The notes beneath the pieces are model-generated. The model was not told where the DNA came from. It searched no databases and worked only from the letters and a program-made list of their open reading frames with translations. Below, in pieces: positions 36,371 to 49,500 of a DNA stretch of 64,000 nt. The DNA is taken from contig JAJFLO010000040.1 in NCBI GenBank assembly GCA_021772675.1, positions 5,083-69,082 on the forward strand, read 5' to 3'. Made by a program: the position numbers and the translations under genes. The DNA comes from Verrucomicrobiota bacterium. GTDB taxonomy: Bacteria > Verrucomicrobiota > Lentisphaeria > JABSQK01 > JAJFLO01. The first letter of the stretch is position 1; each line of letters opens with the position of its first letter.

Positions 36371-37704
36371 CAGACAACTAAAAATTCAATCTTAATCCTA
36401 TCAAATAACAATGGATACCATCGTGGTGCGCTTGAATGTTTAAATGGGCTCCCCAAGCGCAACAACCTGCGCATTTTATTACCAATGACTGACAGCACAA
36501 AACCGTTATATTTCCATCTTAAACGGGCCTACTATATCCAGCTCGATGACAAGTTTCAAACGCTCGTATTCGATGCGAAACCTTCCGATCTAGACAATGA
36601 ACGGATTCTCTCAAAACGGCAACTGCACGACTGTATCCGTGCGGAACGGAAATGCCATTATCTCAATGGCAAGATCAACATCGTCGACGAAGCCCGAGCT
36701 TATGCCGAAGTGATCAGACAAAACCCACACCTGACTAAAACGCAAATCACCGAAGAATGGTAGCGCCGATCTATTAGCACCGAAATGTACCAATTTTAAA
36801 AATCCTTGTATTGTTGTCCGTGATCTTCTTCCATTCTTGAGTTTTCTTAAAAAAAATTCAAAAAAATCATTTTCTTCTCTAATTCTTGATACTTACTCCT
36901 GGTTTATCAATTCTTTACAATCTATATTTAGATAGCTGCCCGTGATCTTCCATAGTAGCAGTACTAAACTAAAGCGCGTCTATCTACAGGTCGTTCATCA
37001 ATGCCAGGTCATCATTATTGAAGGCGACAGCTTCCGGATTAAGGACAGATATTGATCGCCTGCCGGCAATGACATCTGAGATCGTCGCTGAACCTCATAA
37101 ACACCAGGGTATGGTTCAAGGAGCTTCAAACAGACGTATTCGTCACCTGAAAAACCCTTGCGAATTATGCCCTCCAACCGGCCTATGCGGTAAAACACAT
37201 ATGGAGAAAACTCTCCAAACCGCTATGGTTTCTGCGAAAAAATGGCGCGGAATCCTAGAGGACTTTTATTGCCTAACCCCTGAATTCGGTAGTTTAGAAC
37301 CGGTGTATTTCAGGAAAAATCCGTCGGCGGTAGCAAAGAACTCGGTTTTTCTCGAATTCATCTTTACCGAATGTTGAAAATCCTAAATCTTCCAGCGCAA
37401 ATTTTTGAATTTATTCAGATAAACAATTCGGCGAAGTATAATGAACTATTCACTGAAAGACGTTTACGCCCATTGATTTCAAATAAAGGCAATAAGACAC
37501 AATTAAAGTGGTTTCATGAAATATGTGTTGATTTATAGTTAAACCATAATAATAGTTTTAACTACTCATAAGGCTTAAGAGAAGTATCCTAAATTTAGCC
37601 TGGGAGACTGCTAAATGAACCCGATTGTTTTCAAAAAAGCAGTGGTTCAATTTATTGCATGGTAATTTCAATTATTCAGGTCTTGAACTCAAAATTCTAT
37701 AGAT

Positions 37705-39360
37705 ATGTTGATCGTTAAATTTAAAAATGTGGACAATATATGTAGAATTTGGTCTATCTGTTTAACTCTAATATTATCGCAGTCATTGGGACAAAAGATA
37801 TTGTCACCTCTGATTTTTGAAGATGAAGATGACGGCAGTCTTTTATCCCAAATTGTTTTTATCGTTAATGAATTTCGCTTTGTTGGGAATACCGTTATTG
37901 ACGAATTGGAACTAGCCAAGGCCGCTGAACCATTTACCAATCGCGAAGTTTATCCTGAAGAATTAGAGGAATTACGACATAAAATTACGGTACTTTATCT
38001 TGATAAAGGGTACATCAATTCCGGGGCAGTCATTAGAGATCAAAACATAGAAAATGGCGTCATAAAAATTGATATTATCGAAGGCTCTCTTACTGAAATA
38101 AATATTGAAGGCAATAATCGCCTTCGCTCAGATTATATAAGCAAACGAATTATGTTGGGAGCTGGTCCTCCATTGAATGTAAACGAGCTCCAGGATAAAA
38201 TCAAGATTTTAACCTCAAATGCTAATATTAGGCGTATTAATGCCGAACTGAAACCGGGAGCAACACCAGGGAAAAGTTATCTTGACATTAAAGTGGATGA
38301 AAATCATCCTCAAACACTAACCTTTAATTTAAATAATCACCGTACCCCTTCTGTCGGCGCAGAACGACTATTTCTGACAACGTCCTATCAAAATGTAACG
38401 GGAATTAGCGATCAGTTTGACCTTACCTACGGCATTACCAAAGGAGATTTTGAAGACTTCGATCTTGCCAACCTTGATGATATTGAAATTTCCTATACGG
38501 TTCCACTTAACTCTTTCGACACAACATTAGAATTAGCCTTCAGAAGAAGTGATTTTTCCGTCATTGAGGAGCCATTTGCAGACCTAAACATTGAAAGTGA
38601 GTCCGAAAATTTTAGCGTTACCATAAATCATCCGGTTCTTAAATCTTATCATGAAGAATTAATCCTGTCACTTAGTGCAGAACTTCGTCAAAGTAAAACG
38701 TTTTTACTTGGTCGACCATTTTCATTTTCAGTTGGCACGGATGATGGACGATCTCGTGTCGCAGTATTCCACTTAATTCAGCATTGGGTTAAACGAAGTT
38801 TGTCAAATGTAATCGCAGCACGATCATCATTTAATTTTGGTATCGACGCATTTCATGCGACGAAAGCAGGAAATACTACTCGAGATGGTAAATTCATGTC
38901 ATGGCTAGGCCAATTTCAATATGTTCAACGTTTAGGCAGTACAGCAAATCAATTGATATTCAAGAGTACTGTCCAATGGACGGACGATGAATTATTGTCA
39001 TTGGAACAGTTTAGTCTGGGTGGCTCAGGAAGCATAAGAGGATACCGTGAAAATCAATTGGTCCGGGATAAAGCTCTGGTCACTTCAATTGAGCTTCGTT
39101 TCCCAATTTTATTCGATCGGCGAGGCAAAGAAATATTACAATTGGCGCCATTTTTAGATTACGGTCGAGCAACGAATAATGGTTCCGGCACCCACGAATT
39201 TAATAATCTGACAAGCGCGGGATTGGGAATATTATTCACACCATTTGAGCAACTTAATTGTCAGCTATACTGGGGCTATCCATTTAGGGAAATCGATCGC
39301 GATGAAAATGACCTACAGGATAAAGGAATTCATTTCAATATTAGCTTTTCGACTTTTTAA
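37705..39360 (+). CDS. ShlB/FhaC/HecB-family two-partner-secretion outer-membrane transporter (TpsB) with POTRA domains
   Basis: 551 aa. It has a signal-peptide-like N-terminus and POTRA-like segments (FRFVGNTVI..., YLDKGYINSGAVI). The C-terminal beta-barrel carries LGGSGSIRGYRENQL and a terminal ...GIHFNISFSTF. Confidence 0.85.
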   Translation: MLIVKFKNVDNICRIWSICLTLILSQSLGQKILSPLIFEDEDDGSLLSQIVFIVNEFRFVGNTVIDELELAKAAEPFTNREVYPEELEELRHKITVLYLDKGYINSGAVIRDQNIENGVIKIDIIEGSLTEINIEGNNRLRSDYISKRIMLGAGPPLNVNELQDKIKILTSNANIRRINAELKPGATPGKSYLDIKVDENHPQTLTFNLNNHRTPSVGAERLFLTTSYQNVTGISDQFDLTYGITKGDFEDFDLANLDDIEISYTVPLNSFDTTLELAFRRSDFSVIEEPFADLNIESESENFSVTINHPVLKSYHEELILSLSAELRQSKTFLLGRPFSFSVGTDDGRSRVAVFHLIQHWVKRSLSNVIAARSSFNFGIDAFHATKAGNTTRDGKFMSWLGQFQYVQRLGSTANQLIFKSTVQWTDDELLSLEQFSLGGSGSIRGYRENQLVRDKALVTSIELRFPILFDRRGKEILQLAPFLDYGRATNNGSGTHEFNNLTSAGLGILFTPFEQLNCQLYWGYPFREIDRDENDLQDKGIHFNISFSTF

Positions 39361-39395
39361 CATATTCCAGCGCTTTGACTTACGTTGCGATTGTG

Positions 39396-39908
39396 TTAAT
39401 CGAAGAGTTCTTTCCATTCTGTAAACGAGATCCGGTTCCATTCCAGAGGAACTACACTTCCAAATTTGATCATCTTATCGGAAACGATTAAGTAATTATC
39501 GTGAACCGCTTCCACAATGCCGGAGCTAATTCGCCAATAATTATCATCCTTCAGATAAGTCTCAAACTCCCATTCTTCAATGTCTTTATAACCTTCCGGT
39601 GCATATTGGATGATATCGCCAATTAGACTGGCAGCAATACATTGATCAATATAGAATGACTGCGGTGAGCTGTTTTCCCTCAATGCCAATTTTTCCTGAA
39701 ACGTTGAAAGTGTGGACAAATCTGCAATCAATTCAGCTATTTTACTTACGTTGAGTGGATCATCTTGTTCTAATTTTTTAACAGCAAATTTATGAAGTTG
39801 GTGAGTATCGTAGACCGTTTTATTACTGTAAGGCGATTGATAAGGGTAACGGTATGAACTATTAACATAAAAAAAATGGAACTTCTCGGATATCTGTAAA
39901 ATGATCAC
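39396..39908 (-). pseudogene. displaced C-terminal ~157 codons of the upstream giant gene (separated by the IS insertion)
   Basis: From YVNSSYRYPY... onward the ORF continues the reading frame of 41237-46217 once the IS and one target-site copy are removed. The segment LNVSKIAELIADLS...SFYIDQCIAASLIGDIIQY is homologous to the C-terminus of the 46523-51937 protein. Confidence 0.8.
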
Positions 39909-41228
39909 CTTTTAATAAGGTGTCGATTTGATAATCGGAGGAACTGGCAATATAGCCTTCTTAATTTTTGAAACAACAAAAATTAAGGAGAGGCCATGTC
40001 AACCAGTTTACTTTATCATACTCAAGGAATCCATGATTTTAAATTTGAATCTTTTGATTTCACAGGCGGACAAACTGTCGCAACGATTCATCGAGATGAA
40101 GACAAGTTTCACTGCCCATGTTGCAACAGTTTGCGGACAACGCCAACATTTATTGGGACCCGCAAAATTCAAAGTCTGCCGATAGGGAGCCATCGTTTTT
40201 TCGTGCGAGTAAAGATGCATCGTATCCGGTGCAGTGATTGCGCTGCATTTCTTATGGAAAAATTGCCCTTTATTACTTCAGAGAAGGCGCGGTACACGAA
40301 GGCATTAGCACGAACCGTCATAGAGCTCCGTCCAGAAATGAGCATCTCAGCGATTGCAAAGTATTTCGGTTTACACTGGACAACTGTCAAAGAGATAGAA
40401 AAGAAGCACCTAAAGAAAAAGTACAAAAATGTTCCCTTGTCGGAAGTTCGGGTGATTGGCATAGATGAAATTTATGTTGGCAAAAATAGATATTTGACGG
40501 TTGTTCGAGATCTTTACAGTGGCGCAGTCCTGCATGTCGGGGAAGGCAAAGGGGGCGATAGTCTTGAAGCGTTTTCCCTACGCCTCAAATACTCAACATG
40601 CAGGATTGAAACTGTTGCTGTTGATCTTTCAGCTGCTTATACCTCGTGGATCAATAACAACCTGTCGGAAGCAACAATTGTCTACGACCATTTTCATGTT
40701 GTTAAGCTGATGAATGAAAAACTCGACAAGATTCGACGACGGACAATGTCGGAGCTTGAAGATGAACAAAAGAAAATGCTGAAAAACAAACGCTGGTTGC
40801 TTCTGAAAAATGTTGAAAATCTCGATACTGATAAGGAAAAATCTCTTGATCAATTACGTGAAACTTACAAAGAATTAGGCGATGCAAGTATCCTCAAAGA
40901 ATCACTAAGAAACATATACTCTATCGTTCCCGACGGGTATATGGCCCGTGTAGCATTCCAGGATTGGTGCAAACTTGCAATAGACACTGGCATACCCGAA
41001 ATGAAAACCATGGCAAGTACTATTACTTCTCATCTTGACGGAATCGTCGCTTACTGGAATGAAGGGATAACCTCTGCAGCCATGGAAGGATTCAATAATA
41101 AAATTCGATGGCTAATCAGGCAAGCTTACGGATATCACGACCAAGAATATTTCAAACTCAAAATCTTTGACTTGCCAAAATTGCGCATCGTGAAAAACCT
41201 ATGATTTTACAGATATCCGAGAAGTTCC
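39878..41228 (+). mobile_element. ISL3-family insertion sequence (1351 bp)
   Basis: 25-nt perfect terminal inverted repeats GGAACTTCTCGGATATCTGTAAAAT. The 8-bp direct repeat AAAAAAAT lies at 39870-39877 and 41229-41236. A single transposase ORF is present. Confidence 0.88.
39996..41204 (+). CDS. ISL3 family transposase
   Basis: 402 aa. The N-terminal zinc-finger-like region reads CPCC...CSDC. The DDE region reads VIGIDEIYVGK...VAVDLSAAY...DHFHVVKL, typical of ISL3. The ORF ends inside the right inverted repeat. Confidence 0.9.
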   Translation: MSTSLLYHTQGIHDFKFESFDFTGGQTVATIHRDEDKFHCPCCNSLRTTPTFIGTRKIQSLPIGSHRFFVRVKMHRIRCSDCAAFLMEKLPFITSEKARYTKALARTVIELRPEMSISAIAKYFGLHWTTVKEIEKKHLKKKYKNVPLSEVRVIGIDEIYVGKNRYLTVVRDLYSGAVLHVGEGKGGDSLEAFSLRLKYSTCRIETVAVDLSAAYTSWINNNLSEATIVYDHFHVVKLMNEKLDKIRRRTMSELEDEQKKMLKNKRWLLLKNVENLDTDKEKSLDQLRETYKELGDASILKESLRNIYSIVPDGYMARVAFQDWCKLAIDTGIPEMKTMASTITSHLDGIVAYWNEGITSAAMEGFNNKIRWLIRQAYGYHDQEYFKLKIFDLPKLRIVKNL

Positions 41229-44200
41229 AAAAAAATGTTGTGTCGGATTGCTCAAATTTGTTAACCAAAGTGCTGTATAGTATAAATTTGAAGAATTCCC
41301 AATCGAATCTGAAGGGTTACTAAACAGTTTTGGTGAAAACTGACTATCGTAAAAAATGTTTATATATCCATTTTCCACAATGTCATTCCCATAGACATCA
41401 ATAGCTTCAACTTTTCTTATCGATACATTGACATTCACTTGATGGGGTTTCTCAACAAATCGAATTGGTGCAACCGGCAGACCATCGGCAACAGATGCTC
41501 CCAATAAAATAGCACCGTTTGGCCTACACAAGAGATATTGTTCCGAATTGTTAGAATCTTCAACAACTAGCAAATCTGGTCCAGATGAATAAACTTTCTG
41601 ATCTTGAAAAATTGAAGGAATGTAAATATTATCCTGTATTGATACAGAGGAAGTTACACCATTTATGTTGAATAGTTTCCCCCGGGAATTTCCAATTTCA
41701 TTAGCAATGTCAAAATTCCAGAGTTCAACTTTGCCATGTTCTAAATGGAAATTGCTGCTAAGAAATCCTTTAACTTCTGATAGAGGATAGAATAATCCTA
41801 TAGATGTGCGTCGATAATCGTCCGCTTCGACACTTAAAAGGTCGTTCATGTTTGGAAACTCATAGATCAGTATATAGGGATTAGTCACAGAGACCTCACT
41901 ATCAGTTGTCGTGATTAAGCCTGATTCAGAGTCAATTTCGATGGCCCCTATTGGATGTCGATCAAACATTACGGGGCCAATTGAATCTAAATCATTAGCT
42001 GAGGCTGAACCTAAGAGTACTACTCCATTTGAATTTTTAAGTACATAACTTCCAGAATATTTTTGATGCACCCAAAAATCACCTCGCCTCGTATAGAGTA
42101 TTTTTCTGTCCTTTTCCACGACAAAGAACCCCTCACCCCTGATTGCAATGTTTCCACCGCCACTATAATACATATCGGTTTTGTTCATAAGAATACTGCC
42201 CTTCCAGTGAACAGATCTGTTTACGATTCCTATGGATGAATTTTCAATACTGGATTGTTGATCCTCAACTTTTATTGGAGACAGATCGCGATATAAGTCG
42301 TAATCCAAACCGACTAGTTGGTCCGGATTAGAAAACCGTCGAATACTTACAAATTTATTGTTAACGATACTCTTTCCGAAATAATCAAAAGCTCTTATTT
42401 CGCCAGATTTTCGATCAATACGAATTGATTTCGGGTATTCGCTAAATTGTATCGGGTGGAGCAGTCCCTCATTTTTTTCCCTGGAGCCAAGCAATACTAT
42501 ATCGTCTCTGAACGCTAACACATATTTTCCAGAGTTTTCTGCGTCTTCTTTCAGATTGTAAAGATAATAATATATAAAAAAATACGGCATGTAAAGAGTT
42601 TCTCCTCGGTACATGACAGAAAGATAAATTGATCCCGTATCGTTATTTTCAGATTCGTAAGCTGATTTAAAATGGCTAAAGTCCCTAATCGAATGCTGAA
42701 GCACATCGATATTGCACTTTTCTAACATACCTTGACGGATAGCGACGTTAGTAGAGTTGATCTTTTTTGCTGAATTGGTTTCTCGAAAGACTCCAAAACT
42801 TCTGCAATGGTAAGGGCCGATTTCCACTTCTTCAAGCTCGTCGAGATTCAAAAATTGATGTATCTGTATATAAGCGTTCTCGACTTCAACGCTTTCACCA
42901 GATTGATTAAATAATAAATATTTTTCAACATGTGGCGTGATTATTGTTTTTATTCTCTCGTTATTAAATATTTCAATATTTTTCGAATCGACTTTGCCGT
43001 TTGTACCAACAGTTAAAGATCCGGGAAAATTACTAAAACGTACAGGTCCAGTCGTTTTTCCAAATTCAGATTCCGCACCTAATAAAATTGCGCCATTGGG
43101 GCGACGTAAAATAAATGTTCCCGGTAAATCAAAATCTTCCTCCAGAGAAAAATCTCCGAGTCGCGAATATAGGTTTTCTCCCTCAAATCTTACCCGAAAA
43201 AAGCCGTTCCCATCAATTGCAAAATGTGTTAGCATGTCAGTATTTTCGATTGGTCCGTTTGTCCAAACGATACGTTGTTCTTTTGACACAGACAATGAAC
43301 TCGCCAAACTTCCCTCGCGAATTGAAGCCTCTGAAGGAAGAATTTTATTAGCAAGCGTGGTTTCTCGGTAGATTCCTAATGACGGATCAAGTGAGTCATC
43401 GTCATCAATTCTAATCAACCCGTCCGGATTCGAAAATCTGTATATTCCAACAAATTCGTTTTCTACTAGGCTATTACCCTGTTCATCTTTTGCTTTTAGA
43501 ATTGCTGCATCATAATCGACTGAAATATATGACGTCCATGCTGTAAATCTAACAGGACCTGCAGGGTCACCCTTTAGGGCAAAAGAGCCCATTAGAACAG
43601 CCCCATTCGGACGAATTAGAAGATAGGTTCCAGGTATTTCCAAATCTTCGATTAAATTGAAATCACCCGCACGAGTATAGACTATTTCATTTTTGAAAAA
43701 CACCGCAAAAAATCCTTCGCCGTCTATCGCCAAATCATATCTCCTATTCGTATTTTCTAAAACATTATTATCCCAATCAATATATTTGTTAGGTGTCATC
43801 TCTTCGGGACTTGAAATATGCCCTTGTGATACACTCTTAAAAACAATCGTTTTTTCCGTCGTTCCTGCATTCTTGTGATAGATATCGGAATCGATCAGCT
43901 CTAATGTCTCATTATTGCTAAAGTCTGTAATTTTGATAAATTCGTTTTCAACAAGGCTATCGCCATTATTATCGACCGCGACAACCCGACCTGAAAATGC
44001 TCTGATACTAATGTTTTCCGGATATTGAGAGAAACGCACCGGACCGGAAAGTTCTCCATCTGATTCTTGCGCTCCCAACAGAATGGCACCGTTTGCTCTG
44101 CTTAATACATATCCGCCGGCATTTTCTGGATCGGGTTTCAGAAAGAAGTCGCCGGTTTTTGTAAATCCGGTCTCGCCGTCATATTCAACGGCAAAAAAAC

Positions 44201-46217
44201 CATCGCCAATAATCGCAATATGCGTATCTCTCCCCGTTTCAACGATGGACCGAGCAGATGATTGAATTACTTCGAATTTAGCAACTATCTGTCGATCCTC
44301 CGTCATTGCTACAGTAGTGTTGGTCACGCCAGAATCGCTAACACCCTCGCCAACCCAGCTGATAAAACGATAGCCCGGTTCGGGGGTCGCTATTATCGGC
44401 ACGAATTCTCCTTGCTCGTAATCGCCATCACCTTCGATAGTTCCAGCTCCATCGGGTTCAATCGAAATGGTCAAACTAATAATATTATCATCTAATCCTG
44501 TTTGGAATACGTGAACCATATCAACTGGAGTAGTCCCAAGAAAAACCGACCATTCTATCCTTGCTGTTCCCGCTGATCCGGTTCGAATATAGTAAATTTT
44601 GCTATCATCTGCAGTATAAGATAGCCATTCACCATCATTCGAAAGTGAGATTTGTCTAACTCCATTTCGGCCGTGAACCCAAACATTCCTCCATTTTTCT
44701 TTCATAGGATTATATTCAAAACACCGGATTTTCCCACCTCCGAATAACGGATCATCATCCCCCAAACTGGACGTAAATACCCGCACTTTGCCATTCAAGT
44801 TGTCGATATTGTGATCCAATACAATATTATTGGGATTTTTCCCAAGCGCAGTACTAATTGTCCAGGAAATACATTCACCACCATCTTTTTGCATTGCATG
44901 CAGAACTCCTCGAGATCGATCTGCCCGACTATAAAAGATCCAGTTGTTATTAGTTGACGAGGTAACAACGGGTACACTATCGCTCCAGAATTCGATTATT
45001 GATTCATCACATGACAACTGCGAATCAACTTCTGAGAGAATTGCATGCCCCTCAAGATTATAATTCCCGTTATTATTCAAACTGGTCGCCCATGCATTTC
45101 CGCTTTCTGTAACCCAAAGTGAAGAATAGCTGTTACCCGTTAGACTTCCCAGGGAGATTGGCTGAGCAGTCTGTATACCATACACCATCAAATTGTTGTC
45201 ATTCATGTAAAAATATCCGTACCCACCCGAATACGAACGACTCAATTTCATCCCATTTCCTGGTAAATCCGCAGCAATAAATCTGCCGGAGCTAGCATCG
45301 AAAAGTTCGAAAAGTCCATCATATTCAATGGCAACATGAATTCCATCTGGGAACGGTAATAATTTTCTAACTGAAATACTGGGTATATAGCCGACAATAT
45401 CTTGTGTTACGACGTCGATAACAGCCAATCCATCTTCCAGACCGACAAGTGTCAGTGAATGTTGACCAAAGCGGAAATTATCGTCCCGTTTGATCATACG
45501 AAATTCCTCAATCATTTGATCGTCATGTTGGTAGACCACACGGATCCGGTTTTCTCCAGTTTCTAACGGAATGACTACCGTAAAATTGTCATCAGTATGA
45601 AGATCTAATAAATTAGGATTGAGTATCTGATCATTTACGTATATCTTGAGTATAGTATTCGATCTTATTTCCGCGAACCCTGTCAGTAGAATATACTGAT
45701 AATTGGTCGTGACTAAGGGATTTTGTGGAGTACGAATATGAAGATGCGATGATGCTGAAGCGGCTCGGGACGATGTGGTTACTTGATTGAGGTGGATTTG
45801 ACTAGATTGCAATCCTTCTTCTGCGGTAACAGTACCAATACGTCTGCTATCAATATTGATACTTTGAGATTCTTCAATTTTCGCGGAATGATGGTCCGTT
45901 TTAATTGATAGTTTGTCTGTTGTATTACTGATTTTTGTGGGATAATTAACTGAGTGCGAACTTCTCTCGTTAGAGGATATTGAATCATTCTGGGCAGACT
46001 TTTTTTCTTTTGAAAATTTATCTGAGGCATGTCTTGAAACATCCTGATTTTGAATTTTTCTTACTACGCTATTCAGTGCGATTACCAATTTATTTTGGGG
46101 ATAACACAGAATTGTGAGTCCCGAAAACAAGAGTATAAGTTTTACGCTTTTTCTGGATCTGAATGTCATTATAATACCTTTTAGCACACCACGACTCTTG
46201 CGTCCCGGGAAAAACAC
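41199..46217 (-). pseudogene. giant secreted protein with tandem flagellar-rod/hook-like modules, copy 1, truncated by ISL3
   Basis: 1672-aa ORF whose last 9 codons are IS-derived. It is a paralog of 46523-51937, with high N-terminal identity by eye. The reconstructed uninterrupted length is about 1820 aa. Confidence 0.8.
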
Positions 46218-46522
46218 CTCCTATAACGCAATACTTACCCTAAAGATAGTCTTTAATATGATACTTAACCATTGTTCAAATTATACAAATTTGGCAGATA
46301 TATAATTACCAATTTGAGATCACAACGTTTTGACCTGGAATTCGTGCAAATTAATTCAGATACAGAAGTCTATTATAGTGAAGAGACTATTTGTCGTCGA
46401 TGAATATGAAAAGAATCTTGCACTTATCACTCAAAGACTTGAATTATTTGTTTAAACCCCAAACGATCCCGCACTATTTGATTTTTCGATTGACTATTAA
46501 ATTGCTTTCATCAGAACAAGGT

Positions 46523-49500
46523 TTATTTCTTAACATACCATGGGAATAACGTATCACCTCCAGGTTCCGTGAATGTGAATTTCTGTGGAAATTTGGCAGC
46601 AAATATGATCTTCTTGTCATCAACGAGTAAAATAATTTCGCGGTATGTGATATGGATTCCTTTCACTATTCCAGTCTCAATTTCCTTAACAAAATTTTTG
46701 TCTGCTGATACATGTAAATGTCCCTTTCCATATGTATCTACGTAGTAGAAATATCCATATGGTACACGTGTGCCTCCATAGACTAAGGATCCATATGGAA
46801 GGTATTTAATCATATCACCAATCAGACTAGCGGCAATACATTGATCAATGTAGGATGAAAGTGGCGAACCTGGATTAATTAATTCCAATTTATCTTCAAC
46901 TGATGAAAGGTTGGATAATTTGGCAATTAGATTTCTTATCTCACCTATATTCAATGGATCTATGTATGAGAATACTTCGAGTATTACACTATAAAATTGA
47001 TCGGTTTCATAAAAGGTAGATTTATAATTTTGCTGTGTTAATACCTCATATTTTAATGGCGACATTGACAGTGCAGTGTTATACAACGTGGGATGTCTAC
47101 CTGTGTTCCAAATAGATAAACTTGACTGTGGATTCTCTCCATAAACAGATGATTCGTTACCTTCATGTAACGAGAAGTGATTATCAAAAAATAAATCGAT
47201 ATAAGCATTGCTAACAATGTTATTTCCCTCGATATTCGTCGCTTCTATTCTCTGTGCCGTTACATTGATTGATACCTGATTAGGTTTTTCAACGAATCGA
47301 ACCGGCGCGGTCGGCAATTCATCGGTTGCTGAGGCTCCCAATAAAATGGCGCCGTTTGGTCGGCACATTAGATACTGTCCCGAATTATCAGGATCTTCAA
47401 CAACTAGCAAATCTGGTCCCGACGAATAAACTTTTTCGTCCTGAAAAATAGCGGGAATATATAGATAATCCAAGACAGAAACCTTAGACGAAATTCCATT
47501 AATATCATACATTTTCCCTCGACTGTTGCCAAGATCGTTTGCAATATCAAAATTCCAACGTTCGATTGCACCCTGTCTTATCGTTAGGTTCTCGGTCCTT
47601 GTTCTTGTAACCTCTAAGGGGCAATAGAATAATCCTAACGGGCTCATACGATACGGATCGATTTTTATATCAACAAGATTACTGATATCCGGAAATTCAA
47701 ATATTATTATGTATGGATTTGTCACAATAAGCTCATATCCAGTACCAGTAACAAAACCGGTTATAGAGTCAATACTAACTGTGGATGGAACCTCATTGAA
47801 TGTTACCGGTCCAGTCAATTCATTACCACTTGCTGAATCTGTGCCCATGAGTATTGCACCATCTGGACGGGCAAGAACAAAGACCGACGATTTCCCATTT
47901 GGAATCTCTATGATACTGAAATCACCTCGTTTACTATAAATTATTTCGTTAAGAAATTTAAAAGTAAAAAAGCCGTTCCCAATAATTGCAATATTACTGA
48001 CATAATTTGGTAGTATCTGAGCGACAATACTTCCTTTCCAGTTTACGGATATGTTGGTAACTGTTTTTAATAACTTGTCCCCGGTTTGTGAAGTCTGAGT
48101 TGATTGATTATTCTCATTCTCCACGGACGATAAATCTCGATAAAGGCCATAATCCAAACCTATTAATTGGTCAGAATCAGGAATGTGTCGAATACTAATA
48201 TATTTATTCTCGACGATACTCGCTCCATGGTAATCATAAGATTTCACTTCGCCTGATATCGAATCAATTCGAATTGATTTCGGATTCTCGCTAAATCGTA
48301 TCGGCTGAAGCGGTCCGCTATTTTTCTCGGCGGTACCGAGCAACGTTACTCCATCAACTACGGATATTATATAGTTTCCGGGCTTCTCGGGATCCTCTGT
48401 TAGAGGAAACTTATAAATGCCATGAAGTGGAGCATAGAGAATTTCCCCGTTGTACAAAACAGAGAAATAGATTGATCCTGAATTATTAATCTCGACTTTT
48501 TGTGTTGATCTAAATCGGAGAAGATCTCGTTTAACCTGTTTATCTATGTCAATGTTGCAGCCTTCTAAGAGTCCTTGTATTATACGGCTTTTACTGTTAT
48601 TAATTTTACCTGCAAATTCAACTTCTCGAAATAGTCCATGTTTTCGGCAATGATAAGGTCCGATTTCGACTTCTTCTAATGCATCGGGGGTCATAAATCG
48701 ATATGTCTGGATGTACATATTTTCAACTAAACCGTCAGCGTTTAAATCGGTTTCTATAAGATTTCCCCTACGTTGATCTACCTTAAAAGATGATGGCATA
48801 TCGAAAAAACGAACACGCCCTATAGAATTACCATTTTCCTTATCAGAACCTAACAAAATCGCCCCATTTGGTCGGCGTAAAATGAAGGTCCCAGACAAAT
48901 CCGGATCTTCTTCTAGGGAAAAGTCTCCTAACCGTGAAAGTAAATGTTCTCCCTGAAACTCGACCAGAAAAAAGCCTGTGCCAATAATCTCAAGATGCGT
49001 TCGCATGTAAGTGAATTCAGTCGGGCCTTGATTCCAAGCATCAGGATCAATTGAGACGGACAAGGAACCTGTCAACATTCCTTGCCGGATTGCGGTCCTT
49101 GAAGGAGAAATTTTGTTAGCGAGTGTAGTTTTCCGATATATTCCCATGGAAGAATCAATTGAAATATCGTCGTCAATTCTGATCAACGCGTCTGGATGCG
49201 AAAATCGATACACACCTATAAATTTGTTTTCGACTATACTATTACCGTTATTATCCGTTGCACTGACATTTCCAGTATTTGAACCAATTGAAAAAGACTG
49301 TACCGGGCCATTGAATCGAACCTGCCCAACAGGCTCGCCATCTTGGATCGTGGAACCAAGTAGAATAGCTCCGTTGGGACGACTCAGTAGAAATGTTCCC
49401 GGCATGTCCATATCTTCTACAAAATCAAAGTCTCCTGCACGAGTGTAAACAATTTCATCCTTAAATAATACTGCAAAAAATGCAGCACCTTCAAGAGCCA

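Noticed and set aside
34400-37690. An intact prophage or integrative element next to tRNA-Thr
   Set aside because: Only a truncated serine recombinase and short broken frames are present. There is no integrase with a complete catalytic and DNA-binding set, no structural or conjugation genes, and no att repeat that I could see. It is a degraded remnant at best.
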